From: an uncultured Bacteroidia bacterium
GTDB lineage: Bacteria > Bacteroidota > Bacteroidia > J057 > JADKCL01
Length of the DNA stretch: 64,000 bases
Direction: 5' to 3'
NCBI GenBank assembly: GCA_964352215.1
Contig: CAYGRE010000005.1
Coordinates: 18,527 to 82,526 of the forward strand
Part shown: piece after piece, positions 25,757-34,560 of the stretch
How the letters are laid out: each line of letters begins with the position of its first letter
How positions within the stretch are numbered: the first letter of the stretch is position 1
Program-made: the position numbers and the translations under genes
Notes under the pieces: generated by a model
What the model saw: only the letters and a program-made list of their open reading frames with translations
Told to the model about the DNA's origin: nothing
Database searches by the model: none

Positions 25757-27391
25757 ATGGGTATGAGATTTTTATTGTTATTATTTTTTTTGCTGCCTAC
25801 GTTGGGTATGGCACAGCTTCCGGCTCCTCCCATCCCGTTTTCGGTTTCCCTCTACGGTGACCCGGCTCCCGGCTATATCTTTCTGACTCCACAATCCCGC
25901 TTCGCCAACGATGCCAACCCCGGTTGCCTGATGATTCTGGATTCTGCGGGTACTCAGGTTTTTTACGCGCCTCTGCTGATTAATTCTGAGCCGCCTTACA
26001 CCAATACCCGGCCTTTCGACTTCAAGGTCCACCCCAATGGTATGATGTCCTATGCCCCTTCTGCAGGAGCAGCCGGGTATACTTTCCTCTTCCTGGACAG
26101 CACTTTTCAGCTGGTTGACACCATTACCTGTGGGTCGCTCAAGACCGACGAACACGAGATGATCATCACTCCTGACAACCACTATCACTTTATCTGCACC
26201 GACTATGCTATTCGCGATGCCAGCGGTTTGCTGATGGCTGATACGGTAACCTACGGGAGTCCCAATTGCAGTGTGAAAAGCAACAGCATCGTGGAACTGG
26301 ATGAAAATAAGAACCAGGTCTTTTCCTGGTTTGCCCTTGACAACATCCCGATTGAAGATACCCAGAGCGACTTTTATACAAATTACCCCAGCCTCGACCA
26401 GGTACACTCCAACTCTATCAATTTTGACCTGGACAGCAACTATGTGATTTCCAACCGCAACCTGAGTGAGGTCACCAAGATCAACCGCCAGACCGGGGAC
26501 ATTATGTGGCGGCTGGGAGGCAAGGCGAATCAGTTCCAACTTATCGGGGATACGGTCTTTTTCAACGGCCAGCACGATGCCCGGATTGCCCCAAATGGGC
26601 ACCTTTATGTCTTTGACAATGCCAGGTTCGGTACCCAACAAATCGCCCGTTACCTGGAATACGATCTGGATACGGTCGCGATGACGGCCACGCTGGTGCG
26701 CGAAATCCAGCATCCTACCGGTCTCAATACGGCTATCATGGGAAATTCCCAACTGATGGACAATGATGGGGTGATCCTCACCTGGGGTGGCTTTTTCGAC
26801 GACACTTATCCTGCCAACGTCTCTGAATACGATGCATTTGATGACATTGTGATGGAGATTGATTTCCCATTGCACTGGGTCTCATATCGGGTCCACAAAC
26901 AGGATCCCCCTTTCTCTATTGAGCAACCTTTAGTGGACTGTGACCCGGAAGACCGGACCTTGAGTGCTCCGGCCGGACACACCATTTATGAGTGGAGCAC
27001 CGGAGAGACCAGTCCTACCATCACGGTAGATTCTCCAGGAACGTATTTCGTCTGGGTAGACCAGGGAATCGGTTTTATGAGGTCAGAGGATATTACGGTA
27101 AGCCTGATGTCAGACATTTGCCTGGATGTTTCCAATCCCGAACCTGTTGTCTCCAGCATCTCTCTCCACCCCAATCCCAGCAATGACCTGGTGGTAATCA
27201 GGGTCCCTGCCAATATGGGGGGTGACTGGACCCTTGACGTTTATGACCCACGTGGCCGCCTTGTTTCGCAAAAATCCTACAAAGGTGTTTTCCGGGCTGA
27301 AACCAGTCTTGGAGAATGGCCCAATGGTGTTTATCTTTTCAGGGCACGCAACGAAGAGAAAAGCTATTCCGGCCGTGTCCTGAAATATTAA
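25757..27391 (+). CDS. Arylsulfotransferase (ASST)-family beta-propeller protein with a T9SS C-terminal sorting domain
   Basis: The signal peptide is MGMRFLLLLFFLLPTLGMAQ. ASST-like motifs include HSNSINFDLDSNYVISNRNLSEVTKINRQTGDIMWRLGG and FNGQHDARIAPNGHLYVFDN. The C-terminus SLHPNPSNDLVVIRV...WPNGVYLFRARNEEKSYSGRVLKY is a typical Por/T9SS tail. Confidence 0.75.
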   Translation: MGMRFLLLLFFLLPTLGMAQLPAPPIPFSVSLYGDPAPGYIFLTPQSRFANDANPGCLMILDSAGTQVFYAPLLINSEPPYTNTRPFDFKVHPNGMMSYAPSAGAAGYTFLFLDSTFQLVDTITCGSLKTDEHEMIITPDNHYHFICTDYAIRDASGLLMADTVTYGSPNCSVKSNSIVELDENKNQVFSWFALDNIPIEDTQSDFYTNYPSLDQVHSNSINFDLDSNYVISNRNLSEVTKINRQTGDIMWRLGGKANQFQLIGDTVFFNGQHDARIAPNGHLYVFDNARFGTQQIARYLEYDLDTVAMTATLVREIQHPTGLNTAIMGNSQLMDNDGVILTWGGFFDDTYPANVSEYDAFDDIVMEIDFPLHWVSYRVHKQDPPFSIEQPLVDCDPEDRTLSAPAGHTIYEWSTGETSPTITVDSPGTYFVWVDQGIGFMRSEDITVSLMSDICLDVSNPEPVVSSISLHPNPSNDLVVIRVPANMGGDWTLDVYDPRGRLVSQKSYKGVFRAETSLGEWPNGVYLFRARNEEKSYSGRVLKY

Positions 27392-27406
27392 CCTGCCTGC
27401 ACGGCC

Positions 27407-28441
27407 ATGCCCATTCTTGAAGCGCCACCTTATTCCCCTCCCTTTCACCTTCGTCAGAAGGACCTTCATACCATTATTCCGGCGCGAACCCGCAGAGTTA
27501 AGGTGAGCTACAACCGGTTCCGGCTCGAATTGCCCGATGGTGACTTTCTCGACCTGGACTTTTCAGCTGCCAATACTGACTTTGCAGCTCCCAATTCTGA
27601 CTTTTCAGCTCCCAGACCGGGGAAGAAAAGGCCCATTTTTATTACTACCCACGGCCTGGAGGGGAATTCCGGTTCTCGCTATATCAAGGGAATTACCAGG
27701 GCTGTCAACGAAGCCGGTTTTGATTCAGTGGCCCTGAACCTCCGGGGTTGCAGCGGTGAACCCAACCGGCTCTATATCTCTTACCACAGCGGCAAGACGG
27801 ATGACCTGGACCATGTGGTCAACCACCTGATCGACGACCTCGGTTACCGGGAAATAATCCTGAATGGGTTTTCGCTGGGAGGAAATCTTTCCATCAAGTA
27901 TGCGGGGGAGCGCGGGGATTCGATTCGCCCTGAGATTAAAGGGCTGGTTGCCGCCTCTGTCCCTTGTGACCTGGAAGCCACTTGTGCCAATCTCCAACGC
28001 AGACGCAACTGGGTCTACTTGAAGAATTTCATGATCACCCTGAAGAAGAAGGCGATTATGAAGCAGCAGTCGTTTCCCGAAGAGGCTACTTATACGCTGG
28101 CAGAGGCCAGGGCAGTTCGCAATTTCATTGACTACGACAACCTCTATACAGCCCCGGCCCATGGATTCAAGGATGCGCCGGACTACTACCAATCCTGTTC
28201 CAGCAACCGGTTTATCAGCGGCCTTACGATCCCGACCCTCCTGATCAATGCGGTGGATGATCCGTTTCTGACTCCGGAATGCTTTCCCTTTGCGCAAGCC
28301 AAAGACCATCCCTTGTTTCATTTCATGGCTCCCCAAAAAGGCGGGCATGTCGGCTTTACCGAGCACTGGCGGCAGAAGGGGAATACGTGGTTGGAAGACC
28401 GGGTGGTGGAGTTTTTGGAGCGGTTTAGGGGGAAGTTCTGA
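27407..28441 (+). CDS. Alpha/beta hydrolase, YheT/ABHD1-3-like
   Basis: Motifs include HGLEGNSGSRYI, the nucleophile elbow NGFSLGGN and AVDDPFL...GGHVGF. A 21-bp x3 in-frame repeat insert lies at 27557-27619. Confidence 0.7.
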   Translation: MPILEAPPYSPPFHLRQKDLHTIIPARTRRVKVSYNRFRLELPDGDFLDLDFSAANTDFAAPNSDFSAPRPGKKRPIFITTHGLEGNSGSRYIKGITRAVNEAGFDSVALNLRGCSGEPNRLYISYHSGKTDDLDHVVNHLIDDLGYREIILNGFSLGGNLSIKYAGERGDSIRPEIKGLVAASVPCDLEATCANLQRRRNWVYLKNFMITLKKKAIMKQQSFPEEATYTLAEARAVRNFIDYDNLYTAPAHGFKDAPDYYQSCSSNRFISGLTIPTLLINAVDDPFLTPECFPFAQAKDHPLFHFMAPQKGGHVGFTEHWRQKGNTWLEDRVVEFLERFRGKF

Positions 28442-28534
28442 AAGGGGCCAATTTGAGTACGTAAGATCAAGCAGGAATACCTATTTGACCTGATCCTGAT
28501 ATTGCTATCTTGTAGCTAACCCAACATCGACCCC

Positions 28535-30076
28535 ATGAACCGAACCAAACGCCCTCTATTGCTGCTTTTGCTGACCATTTTTACAGGAATGCTCCATGCT
28601 CAGGCCTATCATCCATTCCCAGATATGTATACCCATCATTTCACGATGCCCGATTCCGGTAACTCTGGTACAGGGATTTTTTCACTGAAAGTCGAGGGAA
28701 TAACTGTACAAGGTGTAGACACGTTGTACTCCTTCAATTCTATCCTGAGGCCTCCGCTTCCCAATACGCCACTGATCAATTGCAATGGTGATGATGTAAA
28801 TAACGATCCCGGTTGGGCAGTGCTGATGCCGGACCAGAACAATATTCTGGGTCATAGTTTCCGTAACCTGGCAAACGGTGGTGTCGAATTCATCACCTCT
28901 ACACCAGATACCTTTCTGATTCGTCCGGGTGCCCGGACTGGGGATTCCTGGACCTTCAATGCTGGCCTGGGCATCACCGCGCAGGTGGTCTCCGAAGGGG
29001 TGGAAAGTGTTTTGGGGCAGAACGACAGTGTCAAAGTGATTGCGCTTTCCAATGGTCGGGAACTGGCATTGAGCAAAGCCTATGGCTTGGTTCGGGGGTA
29101 TTCATTGCTGCCGGTGAAATCCCTGGAAACGGGGAAGCAATACGGTACCGACATGACTTTGTGGGGAATTGAAGAATTGAATCTGGGTGGGAATCTGCCT
29201 GGTTTCGATGCCATTTTCGGTGCGTTGGTAGTCGGAGATCGTTATCAGGAAAGAAGTTTTTCCTATGGCTCATCTGGAACGACTACCAGTTGGACCAACC
29301 ATGAGGTGCAAAGCAAAACGGCGAACCCGGGAGAATATTCCTACGTCACCAGTGGTTCGAAATTGACGTATCTGGTAAATTACATCTTCACCGGCGGCTC
29401 CACCACCGATACCACATATACGCCCTCCGATACCCGAACGGTCACACATATTGACGCCGACCATCCCTATTTATACCTCCTTCCGGCCAACTTCCACGTT
29501 TCCACGAATACCAACGATTACTATGTACACACTGAATCCATTCTGCTTGCAGATGGACGGGTAAGACGCTTTTTCGCCAGGTTTGAGGAATTCGACCCTT
29601 GCATCGGTGGCTTGATCAATTTCTCCCCAAATGGAGGAACCTCGCTCACGTATGAAGAAGGGGTAGGCAGGACGAGTCGCAGCAACTGGTATTCCGGGGG
29701 TTCCAATTCTCAAACCATCGGCTGCTGGGACCTCGCAGGGGCAGGCCAGTATGGCAATTGTAAGGACCTGGCTGCGGGGGCGGGGCTTACGCCCACCAAT
29801 ATAGGTGGATCACTTCCCGACGATCCGAGCGGGCTTCCGGTTGGAGTCTGGGGAAACAGGAATGGAGATGGTCATCTAACGCTGGTCCCTGGTGACAAGG
29901 CGGAATACCTCACGGTATGGGAAGTGAGTGGCAGAAAGGTTATGGAAATACCATTGCTGTCCCGGAACAGCACTTATGACATCTCAGTGGATGGATGGCT
30001 ATCCGGTATCTATGTTTTCCGGGTACACAGGAAGAATGGTCAGGTGGAGAGCTTTCGGACGGCTATCTTCAGATAG
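28535..30076 (+). CDS. Secreted hypothetical protein with a T9SS C-terminal sorting domain
   Basis: The signal peptide is MNRTKRPLLLLLLTIFTGMLHAQA. The C-terminus LTVWEVSGRKVMEI...WLSGIYVFRVHRKNGQVESFRTAIFR is T9SS-tail-like. No other family was recognised. Confidence 0.65.
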   Translation: MNRTKRPLLLLLLTIFTGMLHAQAYHPFPDMYTHHFTMPDSGNSGTGIFSLKVEGITVQGVDTLYSFNSILRPPLPNTPLINCNGDDVNNDPGWAVLMPDQNNILGHSFRNLANGGVEFITSTPDTFLIRPGARTGDSWTFNAGLGITAQVVSEGVESVLGQNDSVKVIALSNGRELALSKAYGLVRGYSLLPVKSLETGKQYGTDMTLWGIEELNLGGNLPGFDAIFGALVVGDRYQERSFSYGSSGTTTSWTNHEVQSKTANPGEYSYVTSGSKLTYLVNYIFTGGSTTDTTYTPSDTRTVTHIDADHPYLYLLPANFHVSTNTNDYYVHTESILLADGRVRRFFARFEEFDPCIGGLINFSPNGGTSLTYEEGVGRTSRSNWYSGGSNSQTIGCWDLAGAGQYGNCKDLAAGAGLTPTNIGGSLPDDPSGLPVGVWGNRNGDGHLTLVPGDKAEYLTVWEVSGRKVMEIPLLSRNSTYDISVDGWLSGIYVFRVHRKNGQVESFRTAIFR

Positions 30077-30128
30077 GTGTTTTCTGAAATTGGAATAACA
30101 ATTCCCCCCTTCAATTGCTTATTCTGAC

Positions 30129-30791
30129 ATGTTAAGATCTATTCATTTTTCAATCATCGTACTGTTGCTGGGTTTTCTGCCATTGTTTTCTCAGGCCCAG
30201 ACTCCGACCGAACCAGCTGTGCAAATGTCGCCCGAATCGCTGTCTCAACTCCAACCCGAACTCGATGCCCTCAATGCCGAGCGCCTCAAGCTCAACAAAA
30301 CCGGGATGATCGTTTTGGGTTCCTGGGCGGTTGCCAATATCGGGTACAGTGGGGTTCAGATGGGCCGGACCTCTGGTTCTACCCGCGCCTTTCACCAAAT
30401 GAATGTGGCTTGGAATGGGGTCAACCTTGCCATTGCTGGCTTGGGTTACTGGGGAAGTCACCGGACACGGAACAAGCAATATGACCTAACCGGCACGGTG
30501 AAGGAACAAAAGAAGATTGAATTGTCCCTGATGCTGAATACGGGGCTGGATGTCGGTTATATGGCCTTTGGCCTCTATCTCCGCGAACGTTCTTCCAATG
30601 AACTCGGAGACCGCCGGGACCAGTTCAGAGGATGGGGAAATTCGCTGATCCTGCAAGGTGGGTTTCTATTTGTTTATGACCTTACTATGAGCGTCCTCCA
30701 CCAGCGTCATGGGAACAAGGGGATCATGAAGGTACTGGACCGGTTGTATCCTGCGCCCGGTGGATTGGGTTTGAGTATTCCTTTGAATTAA
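30129..30791 (+). CDS. Hypothetical integral membrane protein
   Basis: It has the signal/TM segment MLRSIHFSIIVLLLGFLPLFSQAQ and several further hydrophobic segments (MIVLGSWAVANIGY, VNLAIAGLGYW, LDVGYMAFGLYL, LILQGGFLFVYDL). Confidence 0.6.
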   Translation: MLRSIHFSIIVLLLGFLPLFSQAQTPTEPAVQMSPESLSQLQPELDALNAERLKLNKTGMIVLGSWAVANIGYSGVQMGRTSGSTRAFHQMNVAWNGVNLAIAGLGYWGSHRTRNKQYDLTGTVKEQKKIELSLMLNTGLDVGYMAFGLYLRERSSNELGDRRDQFRGWGNSLILQGGFLFVYDLTMSVLHQRHGNKGIMKVLDRLYPAPGGLGLSIPLN

Positions 30792-30792
30792 T

Positions 30793-30883
30793 CTTCGCCT
30801 GATCTTTGGGGCAACCTTCGCCTAGTCTTTGGGTCAACCCCTCTTCGTATTTGGATTAACTCTTCAGTTCATCTTCGATTACC
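30793..30883. repeat. Four degenerate tandem repeats of 22-23 bp, filling the gap between two convergent stop codons
   Basis: The units are cttcgcctgatctttggggcaac (30793-30815), cttcgcctagtctttgggtcaac (30816-30838), ccctcttcgtatttggattaac (30839-30860) and tcttcagttcatcttcgattacc (30861-30883). Confidence 0.7.
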
Positions 30884-32477
30884 CCTTCTTCAGGTTTTTG
30901 ATCCGCTTGTCCGTCATCCAGACGTCGCTGAAGTTCTGGTTCATCAGGGTGCGGCAGGCTTCGGTATTGGTAAACATTTCTGCTCCCAGATCCGGAATTC
31001 CCTCTTCGTATAAGCGTTCTCCCAACTGACGGTAAACTACTTCGGGTTCAATCCCCGCCGCTTTCTGTTCCTCCGTCTGCTTGGGTTGCTTCCAATGCTT
31101 GACCTGGGTCTTACCTGCCTGGCGGAGGTATTCATCCGAAATACTGCTCTTATAATGGGACCACATTTCGTCGCGGAGGCCAGGACGAATTGCCATGCGC
31201 TGTTCTTCGGTCAATTCGGGGAAAAGGCGCAACAGTTCGGAGTCAATGAAGGTGTCGGGATAGAGGACGTCAAAGATATGTACCACGCCATCTTCTCCGG
31301 CCAGTTTTCCATAGGCCAGCGAGGTAAAATTATTGGTGGTATGGCCTGCGGTGAGGTGACCAAAGACGGTGGAATCTTCTCCCAATTCTTCTTGTAAACG
31401 GGCTGCGAATGAGGTATCTCCGCCCATTTCCTGTCCATCTGGCCGCTGCCGGTGCTCATTCCCTGATTTCTTGAGGTGGTTCTCTTCGTCGAATTCACGT
31501 GCGGCATTACAAGCAAACAACTGCACGTTGACATCATTTTTAATCGCTCCCTGAAGCCCGTCTGCAAATGACTCTATATTGGGGGCCGTCTCTCGGTATT
31601 TCCGGTCGTCGGGTTGGCCGGCTACCAATCCATCGCGGTAAGCTCCACCGGCATCGGTCCCTACGCCATAAGGCATGCCGTGGGCAAAAATAGCCAGGTT
31701 CTTGACCTGGGTCCAGGCGGGCACCATCACCGGACCTTGGAAATAATCGTTTACGGTTGCATTCCAATTGGTCCAGAACACTTCCTGAAGGCTCCGGGAG
31801 ATGCTTTGTACCATCTCGACGATCTCATGGGTCTCGGTGACCTTTAAGGGTACTCCGATCTGCAATTCCCCGGCCTCGTTGATGCCAATGGCGCTGTTGT
31901 GCTTGGCCCAGGGGTTGGCCACTTTCCAGAAGGTTTGGTTGTTTTCTTTCTGGTCGTCGTAATGGGTGTAGCAACCGACGGTGATCCCATTCTGGAACGC
32001 TGGTTTCGGATTCCCGTCTTCGTCCAGGATTTGCCTGACGAAATCGGGCATGGCTTTGGCATTGGTGATCTTCCCGGTAAAGAGGAGGCCATGCTGCTTG
32101 AAAAAGGTTTTGTCCGCGATCCCGTCTTCTTTGCCTTTTTTGTTGTCGCTTTTGCCTTCGTTGTTGGTGACCTGGCGGTTGTAGACGGCGTTGATGGTAG
32201 CATCGTCGTAGACACCGGTCGGGTCGATGCCGAGGGAGGTTTGCAACTGCTGGATGGCTTCAGCGCCAAGGTCGGTGTCGGCGGCCCACTGCCGGGCTGC
32301 GGCAGTCTGGTCCGGGTCCAGGGTGGCCTGGATAGGCGCATTGGTTGGCATGGCTCCTTTTCCGGCCTCGAGCTGGAGGGAGGGTGGAGCCATGGTGTTG
32401 GTTGGTGATTTTGGGCTTTTGCTTGCTGAAGCGGGCTGGGCTGTCGTTGGCTGGTGATGGGGCATCTTTTCTTCCAT
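30879..32477 (-). CDS. Leaderless hypothetical protein: low-complexity N-terminus, PG_binding_1-like segment and an uncharacterised His...Cys domain
   Basis: This 532-aa ORF has no signal peptide. The segment AEAIQQLQTSLGIDPTGVYDDATINAVYNRQ resembles a peptidoglycan-binding-like repeat. There is a hydrophobic strand plus HG (LAIFAHGMPYG, His codon 31680-31682) and a hydrophobic strand plus AC (VQLFACNAAR, Cys codon 31509-31511). Confidence 0.7.
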   Translation of the reverse strand: MEEKMPHHQPTTAQPASASKSPKSPTNTMAPPSLQLEAGKGAMPTNAPIQATLDPDQTAAARQWAADTDLGAEAIQQLQTSLGIDPTGVYDDATINAVYNRQVTNNEGKSDNKKGKEDGIADKTFFKQHGLLFTGKITNAKAMPDFVRQILDEDGNPKPAFQNGITVGCYTHYDDQKENNQTFWKVANPWAKHNSAIGINEAGELQIGVPLKVTETHEIVEMVQSISRSLQEVFWTNWNATVNDYFQGPVMVPAWTQVKNLAIFAHGMPYGVGTDAGGAYRDGLVAGQPDDRKYRETAPNIESFADGLQGAIKNDVNVQLFACNAAREFDEENHLKKSGNEHRQRPDGQEMGGDTSFAARLQEELGEDSTVFGHLTAGHTTNNFTSLAYGKLAGEDGVVHIFDVLYPDTFIDSELLRLFPELTEEQRMAIRPGLRDEMWSHYKSSISDEYLRQAGKTQVKHWKQPKQTEEQKAAGIEPEVVYRQLGERLYEEGIPDLGAEMFTNTEACRTLMNQNFSDVWMTDKRIKNLKKG

Positions 32478-32488
32478 GGTGTTATCAA

Positions 32489-32588
32489 TTGGCGATCAGT
32501 TCCTGTTGGCGATCAGTTCTTGTTGGCGATCGGTTCTTGTTGGCGATCGGTTCTTGTTCGCGATCAGTTCTTGTTCGCGAGTTCTTGG
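32489..32588 (-). promoter_or_regulatory. 17-bp tandem repeat array (~5.8 copies) starting 12 nt upstream of the 30879..32477 start codon
   Basis: Plus-strand units are ttggcgatcagttcctg, ttggcgatcagttcttg, ttggcgatcggttcttg (x2), ttcgcgatcagttcttg and the truncated ttcgcgagttcttg. All but the truncated last unit contain GATC, and two contain CGATCG. Confidence 0.75.
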
Positions 32589-32699
32589 CTTGATCTTCTA
32601 TTGATGGCAGGAAGGAGGGAGAAAGTAACCCAGTGGGGGTAAAAAAATTGATCGCGTGTAGGGCGAAAATGGAGCGGAACGGGTACCTCTTGTTGATGA

Positions 32700-32719
32700 G
32701 AGGGCACCCGGACCCTCGG
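32700..32719. repeat. Dispersed REP-like palindromic element, copy 1
   Basis: The sequence gagggcacccggaccctcgg is identical to 36763-36782 and 46321-46340. The GAGGG/CCCTC arms can pair. Confidence 0.75.
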
Positions 32720-32912
32720 AAGCGGGTGCTTAATTCGAACCCTTTTATATTGGTTGCTGGTGATTTAAAGCTATTTGCTACTATTAGGACTGGTTGATTT
32801 AATCCATCTGTTCGATGAATTTGCCAAAGTCATTCTTGGGATCCCTTCAAGAGCCAGCGACGCAGCCCACTACTATTATCTATCCCCTGATTGCTGGAAG
32901 AACAAGGATGAA

Positions 32913-34460
32913 TTATACCTTCGCCACAGGCTTTCCTTTCATCCCTTCCTCCACCAACCAGGCAACAAACTCCGCAAAAGGTTTTATATCCTGATCCACA
33001 CTGGCAGCTTCCAAAGCTTCCATGTAGCGATCCCTTTCCTCTACCGGGATTACCGTCCAGGGATATCCACCAGATGCTAACATAACGTTCATCAGGAAAC
33101 GCCCCATTCGTCCGTTGCCATCCATGTAGGGGTGAATAAATACAAAAATGAAATGACCTAATACGGCTCGCACACCTGCATGTTCCTCTGTTTGTAATAG
33201 GTCAAAAAGTACCGGCATAGCATCTCTTACCGCTTCTTTGTTGATAGGCGTATGCTTAGATTTTCCGATATACACCTGATTGGTTCTATACCCTGCTAAA
33301 TCGGAGGGTTTCAGGATTCCTACATTCACACTTGGAGCAAACAATTCACGATACCAGTCACCATGGTCCTGATCAGCAACAGCACCAGCATTTTCTCCAT
33401 TCAATATCTTTTTAATGCTTTCCTTCACTGCATTAAAGGCTTGCCAATAACCCCTGGCAGCCATGGCGTCCTTTTGTTGTCGGTCAGCTTCATTTTCTTT
33501 AGCGTCCCATGATCCCGATCGTACACGGTCAATTATTCCAGGAGTTACCCGGTATTTTTCAATGGATAATGAGTGATAAGCATCGGTAGTATAGATTTCC
33601 TCCATCATTGTAATATAGCTGCCAATATCTGCTGGAAACCCAGGAGGTTTTGGAAAAACCGCAACAACCTTTTTTCGCATTTCATGCCATAACAAACGAA
33701 TGCGGTTCACATAAGGTGACCTTTCACGTGCATTCAGTGCAATGGGTGTTTCTTCTTCAAAAGGATCAGTTTCTCTTATATCATAGCTTACCGACTTCAT
33801 GGCTTTCAGGATATCATTGGCAATTTTCTCTTGTCCCAAATTGCGATAAGCACCTACCAATCTCCCCGCAATGGTCGAATGTCCTCCATCCAACAACGGC
33901 CCTAACAATTCAGAAGCATCACGAATCATTGATAATCCTGTCCGTACATCTGTCGGATTTGTCCGAAATAAAGCAGGTTGTGAATGAATAATCGCGGAAG
34001 GTAGGTTGACTATGCGTACGCCTTTTTTTGTTTCAATTTCTGCCTTATCTGGTAAGGTTGATTTCATCACAAACAATGATGTTTTAAACAACAGCTCAAC
34101 CGGCATGTTGTTCCCTTTTGTTGACCGAATAATTAGCTGATGGGGTACAGAGGTGTTACCTGCGTGGATGAGCAATGACTGTTCAGCCGAAATGCAATAA
34201 TTTTCCCCATAGCGATCTTCTAAATAGCGTGAGCAAAATCCCCAATAAGATGTAAACCAAGAGGTGCTATCTCCTTGTTGTTCACCATGAGGAGCAACAA
34301 TGTACCACCCACGAATCACTTCCCGGATAAATCCATTGGCAACCAGTCTCTCTCTGTGTACTCGTGAAAGATCATCTGTTTTAATCCCTACAATGCCTTT
34401 GTCTTGTAGTTCCTTTAGCTTTTCTAATGATTCTGCTAATTTCTCTCCGGGCGTTGCCAT
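32913..34460 (-). CDS. Fic/DOC family protein (putative AMPylase) with an AbiEi-antitoxin-like N-terminal region
   Basis: The Fic core motif HPYMDGNGRMGRF lies at ~33101-33136. A possible inhibitory-helix-like SLSIEK is present. The N-terminal LSRVHRERLVANGFIREVIRGWYIVAP resembles the AbiEi wHTH pattern (L...G.l.rv.rG.Y). Confidence 0.8.
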   Translation of the reverse strand: MATPGEKLAESLEKLKELQDKGIVGIKTDDLSRVHRERLVANGFIREVIRGWYIVAPHGEQQGDSTSWFTSYWGFCSRYLEDRYGENYCISAEQSLLIHAGNTSVPHQLIIRSTKGNNMPVELLFKTSLFVMKSTLPDKAEIETKKGVRIVNLPSAIIHSQPALFRTNPTDVRTGLSMIRDASELLGPLLDGGHSTIAGRLVGAYRNLGQEKIANDILKAMKSVSYDIRETDPFEEETPIALNARERSPYVNRIRLLWHEMRKKVVAVFPKPPGFPADIGSYITMMEEIYTTDAYHSLSIEKYRVTPGIIDRVRSGSWDAKENEADRQQKDAMAARGYWQAFNAVKESIKKILNGENAGAVADQDHGDWYRELFAPSVNVGILKPSDLAGYRTNQVYIGKSKHTPINKEAVRDAMPVLFDLLQTEEHAGVRAVLGHFIFVFIHPYMDGNGRMGRFLMNVMLASGGYPWTVIPVEERDRYMEALEAASVDQDIKPFAEFVAWLVEEGMKGKPVAKV

Positions 34461-34498
34461 GCTATTGTGTTAATCTTATTGTTAAACGATGTGCTTCT

Positions 34499-34560
34499 AT
34501 TATTATTTAGTGCTGGGATGTGATTATTATTTAATGACGTACTAGAATTATTATTTAATG
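34499..34560 (-). promoter_or_regulatory. Three direct repeats ATTATTATTTA[AG]TG with exact 24-bp phasing, upstream of the Fic gene
   Basis: Copies lie at 34499-34512, 34523-34536 and 34547-34560, which is 39-100 bp upstream of the start codon at 34460. Confidence 0.6.

Noticed and set aside
25781-26875. A 364-aa minus-strand ORF antisense to the ASST-family gene. Similar antisense ORFs occur at 27725..28366, 42715..43683, 53172..54056, 58006..58605 and 59112..59618.
   Set aside because: In every case the opposite strand carries a recognisable family (ASST, hydrolase motifs, SSS transporter). These are shadow ORFs.
31844-32488. Alternative-frame ORFs over the 5' half of 30879..32477 (31844..32488 minus, 31899..32408 plus).
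   Set aside because: They are Pro/Ser/Thr/Arg-rich low-complexity translations. The 532-aa frame is continuous and has domain-like segments.
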